DNA from: Candidatus Saccharimonadota bacterium
GTDB taxonomy: Bacteria > Patescibacteriota > Saccharimonadia > Saccharimonadales > Saccharimonadaceae
Reading direction: 5' to 3'
Assembly (NCBI GenBank): GCA_016700015.1
Contig: CP064995.1
Coordinates: 270,001-302,000 of the forward strand
DNA: 32,000 nucleotides
The notes beneath the pieces are model-generated. The model was not told the DNA's origin. It saw nothing but the letters and a program-made list of their open reading frames with translations, and searched no databases. A program made the position numbers and the translations under genes. Positions 25,250-32,000 of the stretch are shown here, piece by piece (the stretch's first letter is position 1; every line of letters starts with the position of its first letter).

Positions 25250-27754
25250 TGCGTCAATGACCACTGGTCGATCGCGGTCGATCAGTTCGACACGCGCCGT
25301 AAGATCGCGGATTCCCATAGTGATTGCGCGCTGCAGTGCGACATCTTTCATTGGGCTGAAAAACGCAATGTACTCGCTAAGCTGCTGGCGGGTGACGAGC
25401 GCGCCGGCGCTATACTGCGGGAACCTGTCGTAGCTTTTTTCGTCGGCGAAGTTTTTTATAATCCATGGCCATTGGCTACGCATCCACTGCCACGCGGTCT
25501 CGCGACTATGTCGGTTGCGTAGGAGGGAAATATACCAGCTTAGGGTATCTTGCAAGCGGATGGTTTTAGTATGAGTGAGCAGACCGATAAGCCGTGTGAG
25601 TGTAGCACTATCTTTCGATGAAGTGAGCGCACTGCAAATATCTTGCTGTAGCTCGGGGTTTATCGTCGTTGTATAAAGTTTGACGAGTGAGTCGATATCG
25701 GCAGGGCTGTGGTCGTGCCGTACCACAGTACCAATAACAAGCGAACGAAGTTCAGGGTCGATAGCATCGATAGGCGTAGAACGGTAGAGTGTGATGGCAT
25801 GTTTTATAGCCTCGGCGTCTTCGCTGTAGAGCATACAACCGATAATTGTCGACCGGAGTTTGGTTGTGTTACTGGGTTCATCGGCAGTCATGTCCCAGCC
25901 TAATTGCTCGTAAAGCGGACGGGCAAGCATGCCGACAAAGTGCCGTAAGGCTTGCTCGGCTTGTTCGTCGGTCTCAACGAACTTCTTGAGCTCACCAATT
26001 GCCATTGACATAATATCCCACAAGTAGGCATCAGTTTCGTGGCGGTAAACATCAAGCAGTGGAATGAGTGTTGCGCTGCCAACAATGCCAGCTCGCGCAA
26101 GAAGTGTTTGCTCGTGGAGTAGCTGGATTTTACCGACTGGCGACAAGGTGCCGGCTCGTACTGCCGCGAGCAACTGGTCAAGGAGTGGCTGAGAATACTG
26201 GGTGATATAGTGCGTACTGTCCTCGGTGTTAAGCCGCAGTAGACCATCGGGCTTGTAAGGAATACTTACTGCTGCATCGGCAAAGATGGCGGGTAGCGCC
26301 GACGTGCTGGCGCCGAGCGGAATTGGCCACAGTCGTGATGAGGGTTCGTGTTCACCAATGAAAAACTGCGACTGCTGCAAAGTAAGGCTGCCGTGACTAG
26401 TCGACACCTTGACAACAGGGTAGCCTGGCTGCGACAGCCAGGTGTGCATGAGGTCGACGACTGGTTTGCTGCTCGTCCTCTCAAATGTCACCCATAGATC
26501 ATCTGCCGACGTGTTGTTATAGCGATGGTCGGTAAAATACGCAGTTAGCCCGGAACGAAATGCATCGTCACCAATATAATCATGTACCATACGGATGAGC
26601 CGACTTCCCTTAGCATAGACAATCGCACCGTCAAATATCGTGCCAATTTCGTCTGGGTGGTTGATGTGGATCTGGACTGACTGTACGCCATCAATCGCAT
26701 CGCGTCTGAGGGCAATCACACTTTCGTAGGTAGAAAAATCAAGCCAAGGCTGCCAGTCGGGGTGGGCTGCCTCGAGTGCAATATATTCCATGATATTCGC
26801 AAAACTTTCGTTGAGCCATAAGTCATTCCACCACTGCATGGTAACTAAATTACCAAACCATTGGTGACTGATTTCGTGGGCAATCGTTTTAGCAATATGT
26901 TGCTTTGTTTCGATACTCGTCTGTGCGGGAGGAGCCAGCAAATAATCTTGACGATAGGTAACAAGCCCCCAGTTTTCCATCGCAGCCGCACCACCGCCAA
27001 AGTCGGGAATTGCCAAGTGATCACATTTGGGTAGCGGATAGTTAACCCCAAAGTACGATTCATAAAAGTCGAGATGGGTGATTGCTTCCTGAAGTGCAAA
27101 TTCTAAAGCTGTAAGTGGCTGTGCGCTCGTTGCCCATACCGATACGTCGATACCACGCGCTGAAGTGCCGTGGAGTGCATGAAGTTCGCCGATTGCAAAC
27201 GCCAGTAGATAGGTGCTCATACGTGGCGACGTGGCGAAGCGGGTTGTTGTTTGGTCACCAGTTGTTTGCTCGCTGATTTTTGGCATATTGCCCAGCACCA
27301 CCAGGCCTGTGTCGGTAGTGATGGCCACATCGAACGTGGCTTTTGCCGCTGGTTCATCGACACAAGGCAATACTTCGCGCGCCGCGTGGCTTTCAAGCTG
27401 TGTGGCGTACATGTGTTTGTCGATACCATCGTGTATGTAGGGTGAATAATACATGCCATGGGCGTGTTCGGTGGCGCTAAAATGGTAATCAATCTCAATG
27501 GTGTGATTACCCTTACCGTACGTGCCGTCAAGCCTCAGGCTATCGTCGTCACCGAAGATAAAGGTAACTGGTATACCGTCAACAGTTACCGTGTCAATAC
27601 TCAGCGCTTTGCTATGAAGTTCTATGGCGCCACTGACCGATTTGCCCTGAATTTTGACACGAGCTGTAACCTGGTGTGTGCGAGGGTCGACGCTAAGTGA
27701 CAGATTGTAATGAGCGGGAATAAATTCAGTGAGAAGGCGTTTGACAGATTGCAT
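25223..27754 (-). CDS. pepN: Aminopeptidase N (M1 family)
   Basis: 843 aa. AAMEN exopeptidase motif, zinc site HEISHQWFGNLVTMQWWNDLWLNESFA, and a C-terminal ERAP1-like helical domain. Confidence 0.92.
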   Translation of the reverse strand: MQSVKRLLTEFIPAHYNLSLSVDPRTHQVTARVKIQGKSVSGAIELHSKALSIDTVTVDGIPVTFIFGDDDSLRLDGTYGKGNHTIEIDYHFSATEHAHGMYYSPYIHDGIDKHMYATQLESHAAREVLPCVDEPAAKATFDVAITTDTGLVVLGNMPKISEQTTGDQTTTRFATSPRMSTYLLAFAIGELHALHGTSARGIDVSVWATSAQPLTALEFALQEAITHLDFYESYFGVNYPLPKCDHLAIPDFGGGAAAMENWGLVTYRQDYLLAPPAQTSIETKQHIAKTIAHEISHQWFGNLVTMQWWNDLWLNESFANIMEYIALEAAHPDWQPWLDFSTYESVIALRRDAIDGVQSVQIHINHPDEIGTIFDGAIVYAKGSRLIRMVHDYIGDDAFRSGLTAYFTDHRYNNTSADDLWVTFERTSSKPVVDLMHTWLSQPGYPVVKVSTSHGSLTLQQSQFFIGEHEPSSRLWPIPLGASTSALPAIFADAAVSIPYKPDGLLRLNTEDSTHYITQYSQPLLDQLLAAVRAGTLSPVGKIQLLHEQTLLARAGIVGSATLIPLLDVYRHETDAYLWDIMSMAIGELKKFVETDEQAEQALRHFVGMLARPLYEQLGWDMTADEPSNTTKLRSTIIGCMLYSEDAEAIKHAITLYRSTPIDAIDPELRSLVIGTVVRHDHSPADIDSLVKLYTTTINPELQQDICSALTSSKDSATLTRLIGLLTHTKTIRLQDTLSWYISLLRNRHSRETAWQWMRSQWPWIIKNFADEKSYDRFPQYSAGALVTRQQLSEYIAFFSPMKDVALQRAITMGIRDLTARVELIDRDRPVVIDALCKFQKLN

Positions 27755-27773
27755 ATGGTATATTGTATCAGAG

Positions 27774-28526
27774 ATGAACTACGAATCTAAAGTCACGTCC
27801 GTGGTGGGGCATGACAGGTTGCGCCGTCGGCGCGTGCTTGGCTCGTGCTTGGTAGTCCTTGCGGTTGGGATGTTTTTCTATCAAAATCAACAGCCTGCTA
27901 TAGCGCCAGACATATCAAAACCACCATCGGTGACTACAGGTCAGTCACAGTCTACAGCGGGCTTGCCGCTGGCTGCAACTGTGCTCGAAACACTGGCCGT
28001 CAAAGGACGGGCCCCAAAAACCGGTTATGTACGCGAAAAATTCGGTGATGGCTGGTTGCTCAATGGCAATTGCGACACGCGCAACATTATATTAAACCGC
28101 GACCTTGGCAATGTGGTGTTAGGCCAGGGCTGCAAGGTCATGAGTGGCGTGCTGGCCGACCCCTACACTGGATCTGTCGTTATATTCAGTCGCGGTGCCG
28201 ACACCAGTGACGATGTGCAGATCGACCACGTGGTAGCTCTCAGTAATGCCTGGCAGACGGGTGCGCAGCTGCTCGAACCAAACAGGCTGGTAGAGTTTGC
28301 GAATGACCCGCTCGAGCTGTTGGCAGTAGACGGTAAAGCCAACCAAGCCAAGGGTGATGGCGATGCTGCCACCTGGCTACCAAGCAACAAAGCCTTCCGT
28401 TGTCAGTACGTCGCGCGGCAAATCGCCGTCAAGGCCAAGTATAATTTGTGGGTGACGCCACCTGAAAAGTCAGCGATGCAACAGGTGCTTAGCAACTGCC
28501 CATTACAAACTGTGCCTGCATCGTAG
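27774..28526 (+). CDS. Membrane-anchored or secreted DUF1524-type HNH nuclease
   Basis: 250 aa from ATG 27774. N-terminal TM (VLGSCLVVLAVGMFFY). KTGYVREKFGDGW, CDTRN, VQIDHVVALSNAW, LLAVDGKANQAKGD and WLP match the DUF1524 C-terminal nuclease pattern. The ORF-track start at 27729 would overlap the pepN start. Confidence 0.75.
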   Translation: MNYESKVTSVVGHDRLRRRRVLGSCLVVLAVGMFFYQNQQPAIAPDISKPPSVTTGQSQSTAGLPLAATVLETLAVKGRAPKTGYVREKFGDGWLLNGNCDTRNIILNRDLGNVVLGQGCKVMSGVLADPYTGSVVIFSRGADTSDDVQIDHVVALSNAWQTGAQLLEPNRLVEFANDPLELLAVDGKANQAKGDGDAATWLPSNKAFRCQYVARQIAVKAKYNLWVTPPEKSAMQQVLSNCPLQTVPAS

Positions 28527-28565
28527 TCTGAAACTTTGCAGGGATACTATGGGCGTATAGTGAAA

Positions 28566-28585
28566 ACCTCCTCTCGAGAGGAGGT
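28566..28585. terminator. Palindromic hairpin between convergent genes
   Basis: Perfect 18-bp palindrome CCTCCTCTCGAGAGGAGG at 28567-28584. A T-run (GTTTTC) is present on the minus-strand side. Confidence 0.5.
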
Positions 28586-28598
28586 GTGTGGAGTTGCG

Positions 28599-28832
28599 CT
28601 AACCAAGCTCAGGCTCTATCGCCCGAATAGTGAAGCCGATAGCGCGGCGGACTGCCAATTCGGCGCTGTCTCTGCCCTCTGAGCTCGGGAGGGATACCAT
28701 CAGAATGGTCACTCCTTCGAACTCGCGCAAGCCCACCTTGACTTCGGGTAGCGCGAGTTCCACGACTCGATCGAATGCCAGGTTGGCTTCCGGCATCTTG
28801 GGGAAGATGTAGATGAGGTCAACGTTCGCCAT
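28599..28832 (-). CDS. Hypothetical 77-aa protein on a high-GC islet
   Basis: I prefer ATG 28832 (MANVDLIYIF...), which has a GGAG SD 7 nt upstream. Sampled lines are 60-63% GC. No family recognised. Confidence 0.55.
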   Translation of the reverse strand: MANVDLIYIFPKMPEANLAFDRVVELALPEVKVGLREFEGVTILMVSLPSSEGRDSAELAVRRAIGFTIRAIEPELG

Positions 28833-28889
28833 GGCTATACTCCAAACGTTCGTGCGGGGATAAACCGCAAGGGTTGAATTATCATTACT

Positions 28890-28918
28890 ATTATAACAAA
28901 TTTCAATAAAAGAGTCAA
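28890..28918 (-). promoter_or_regulatory. Strong sigma70-type promoter for the 77-aa ORF
   Basis: On the minus strand: TTGACT (28918-28913), a 17-nt spacer, then TGtTATAAT (the -10 at 28895-28890). The leader is about 55 nt. Confidence 0.55.
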
Positions 28919-28955
28919 TAGACACATCTGTTAAAAGAGGTGTATAATACGATTC

Positions 28956-29627
28956 ATGTGGTTTCGCAAAAAGCAAATTCATGTCTACGAGCTGTTGGTC
29001 GGGCTGTTTGTGATGACATTGATCGTCAGCAATATTGCGAGCGTCAAGATGATACAGGTCGGTCCACTAGTGTTCGACGCCGGTACAGTGTTATTTCCGC
29101 TCGCCTATATCATCGGCGACATTGTGACTGAAGTTTATGGCTACCGCAAAATGCGCTCGCTGTTGTATGTCGGTGTGGGCACGTTGCTGCTGACTAGCCT
29201 GACATTCTGGCTAGTGGGCGCGCTGCCAGCGCAGGCCGAGTGGCCCAACCAATCGTCGTACGACGCAATTCTAGGCGTGGTCTGGCGAATTGTCGGTGCA
29301 AGTATCGTTGCCATTCTTATTGGTGAACTGATGAATTCCTATGTGCTGGCGACGCTGAAGATCAGGACAAAGGGCAAAAAGCTGTGGCATAGGCTCGTTG
29401 GTAGTTCGGCTGTTGGCAGTCTTGTTGACACGACAGTATTTAGCTTACTAGCCTTTGCGGGCACAGTGTCTGGTAGTGCAATGTTGCAGCTCATCGCGAC
29501 GGTATTTCTGATCAAAATCAGCACCGAAATTATCGTTTCGCCACTGACAATGCGTATCATCCACCACATCAAGCGGCATGAGAAACTGGATGCGTATGAG
29601 GTACCTGCGACGCACCTACTAAACTAA
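28956..29627 (+). CDS. yhhQ: Queuosine-precursor transporter (YhhQ / VUT / DUF165 family)
   Basis: 223 aa, polytopic. LIVSNIASVKMIQVGPLVFDAGTVLFPLAYIIGDIVTEVYGY is the family signature. Confidence 0.85.
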   Translation: MWFRKKQIHVYELLVGLFVMTLIVSNIASVKMIQVGPLVFDAGTVLFPLAYIIGDIVTEVYGYRKMRSLLYVGVGTLLLTSLTFWLVGALPAQAEWPNQSSYDAILGVVWRIVGASIVAILIGELMNSYVLATLKIRTKGKKLWHRLVGSSAVGSLVDTTVFSLLAFAGTVSGSAMLQLIATVFLIKISTEIIVSPLTMRIIHHIKRHEKLDAYEVPATHLLN

Positions 29628-29644
29628 AAAAATGGTAATTTAAG

Positions 29645-29686
29645 AGCTCCTCTTCCATGGTTGAATTTCGCCATGGAAGAGGAGCT
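29645..29686. terminator. Long perfect hairpin between convergent genes
   Basis: 16-bp perfect stem AGCTCCTCTTCCATGG (29645-29660) / CCATGGAAGAGGAGCT (29671-29686) with a 10-nt loop. Confidence 0.6.
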
Positions 29687-29698
29687 GTTGTGTAGGTA

Positions 29699-30301
29699 CT
29701 AACCCTTGAGGTCGAATCCCAGCGCTTCAAGCACCTTGCGCTTCTCGGAGAGCGCACCGCCCAGGAGGTAGGCGCGCTGCTCTGGCGGCAGGCCATTGAT
29801 GAATGCCTGAACCATTTCCCGTACCTCGTCGCCAATGTCGACCAGCAGGGTGTTGAGCCGCTCGCCGAGTGCGGCTTGTTCAGCATTCTTGCGCTTATGC
29901 TCCTGCTGTGCGGCACGACTTGTGCTGATCTGCTCAGCCGAGGCTTCCTCTGCTGGGAAAGCGAGGTTGTTGCTATACGTGCCGATACAGAGCAACCGGC
30001 GGCCAGGGCCAAGCTCGGTGATCAATTCGGATGGCGTACAGACAGTAGTGTCTATCACGGCCAGGTATGAAGCTGCGCCCATCGGGCGATGCTTGAATAA
30101 GTCGTAGGACGCGGGGCGCACCACATACCGACCATCAGATTGCAAAGCAACCTGTTCCGTAAGGGCAGCCAAAAAAGGCTCCCATGCGCGACGGCGAGAG
30201 ATAAAGGCAGACAAATCCCTGGGGACCTCCCAGCCGGCGACGATAGCCGCGGCGTACCCAATAGCAAACGTATTGGCAAATGCAAACGAGCTTCCGTTCA
30301 T
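29699..30301 (-). CDS. Hypothetical 200-aa protein on a high-GC islet
   Basis: I prefer ATG 30301 (MNGSSFAF...). The promoter -10 abuts the ORF-track ATG at 30340, so that codon is probably not transcribed. A sampled line is 62% GC. No family recognised. Confidence 0.6.
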   Translation of the reverse strand: MNGSSFAFANTFAIGYAAAIVAGWEVPRDLSAFISRRRAWEPFLAALTEQVALQSDGRYVVRPASYDLFKHRPMGAASYLAVIDTTVCTPSELITELGPGRRLLCIGTYSNNLAFPAEEASAEQISTSRAAQQEHKRKNAEQAALGERLNTLLVDIGDEVREMVQAFINGLPPEQRAYLLGGALSEKRKVLEALGFDLKG

Positions 30302-30340
30302 TTCGAATCCCTTTCTCGGGTTCCAACAGATTATGTACAT

Positions 30341-30369
30341 ATTTTAATACTTTTTATTTATACTGTCAA
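30341..30369 (-). promoter_or_regulatory. Consensus promoter for the 200-aa ORF
   Basis: On the minus strand: TTGACA (30369-30364), a 17-nt spacer, then TAAAAT (30346-30341). Confidence 0.5.
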
Positions 30370-30429
30370 TAATTTAAACAAGGAAAGCACTTATTGGCAA
30401 CGTACTAGCCCCTACGGCAGTGGCCATTG

Positions 30430-30458
30430 TTGACAGTGCATGATATGTAGCGTACAGT
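30430..30458 (+). promoter_or_regulatory. Consensus promoter for the 81-aa ORF
   Basis: TTGACA 30430-30435, a 17-nt spacer, then TACAGT 30453-30458. A GGAAGGTG SD lies ahead of ATG 30491. Confidence 0.5.
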
Positions 30459-30490
30459 ATGGTTATTCAATCGACAGGAAGGTGATTGGA

Positions 30491-30736
30491 ATGGCCGAGT
30501 TCTTTCAACTTGTGCGAACCGTGCCCGACTTCAGCACTGGAAGCGCTAAGGTGGTAAGTAGCGGTCCAGTTGTGCTCGCGGTTGGAACCCGGGAATACTG
30601 TGAGCGGGAGCGGAGGATCTACGAGGCAGCAGATCGGGCGACTGCTGAGACGTTCTCTGGTACTATCACTGGAATCAGTGGTACGCTTGCACAGTATGAG
30701 ATCTGCCCGATTCCGGTTCAGACCGAGCCGAAATAG
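30491..30736 (+). CDS. Hypothetical 81-aa protein
   Basis: ATG 30491 (MAEFFQLVRT...) has an SD. A sampled line is 58% GC. No family recognised. The ORF-track start at 30440 lies inside the promoter. Confidence 0.5.
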   Translation: MAEFFQLVRTVPDFSTGSAKVVSSGPVVLAVGTREYCERERRIYEAADRATAETFSGTITGISGTLAQYEICPIPVQTEPK

Positions 30737-30755
30737 TAAGTAAGCGACGAACACA

Positions 30756-30777
30756 GCCCGCTCAGCAATGAGCGGGC
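30756..30777 (+). terminator. Rho-independent terminator
   Basis: GCCCGCTCA-gcaa-TGAGCGGGC followed by ATTTTATT. Confidence 0.65.
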
Positions 30778-30783
30778 ATTTTA

Positions 30784-32000
<1,217 letters not shown>

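Noticed and set aside
28833-28955. Possible preQ1 riboswitch upstream of yhhQ
   Set aside because: A TATAAT box lies only 7 nt before the yhhQ ATG, leaving no 5' leader to hold an aptamer. I saw no preQ1-type hairpin/pseudoknot in the 123-bp region.
29569-30107. ORFs 29569-30012 (minus) and 29835-30107 (plus) overlapping the 200-aa islet gene
   Set aside because: They are alternative frames in GC-rich sequence. One runs through the terminator hairpin and into yhhQ. Neither has start signals.

Overview
The window is a gene-dense stretch of bacterial chromosome at about 48-52% GC. GC figures here are hand counts on sampled 60-nt lines. It is mostly housekeeping genes: uvrB, gatC-gatA-(membrane ORF)-gatB, galU, dnaE, a SpoU/TrmH methyltransferase, a PilB/GspE ATPase, malic enzyme, rplS, an rnhB-yraN fusion, pepN, yhhQ and tgt. 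The compactness, the fused genes and the small membrane ORFans suggest a reduced-genome bacterium. A Patescibacteria/Saccharibacteria-like organism is my inference and is not proven. I saw no rRNA, tRNA or CRISPR array. Five things stand out. (1) Downstream of dnaE sits a tandem pair of very acidic paralogous ORFans, each with its own copy of a TTGACA-17-TATACT promoter, a palindrome over the -35 and a Shine-Dalgarno (SD) site. (2) At 13 genes a -10 hexamer lies only 6-12 nt upstream of the start codon, which suggests leaderless or near-leaderless mRNAs. Four divergent intergenic regions are very short, the shortest 19 bp. (3) Several small high-GC islets (about 58-73% in sampled lines) hold ORFans driven by AT-rich promoters. 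One is next to a compact IS30-family element and splits the conserved rplS...rnhB neighbourhood. Another splits the yhhQ/tgt queuosine-salvage pair. (4) RNase HII and YraN are fused into one ORF. (5) A membrane ORF is translationally coupled inside gatCAB. No recognisable defence or toxin system is present. The acidic paralog pair and the divergent two-gene islet between yhhQ and tgt are my best candidates for undescribed biology.
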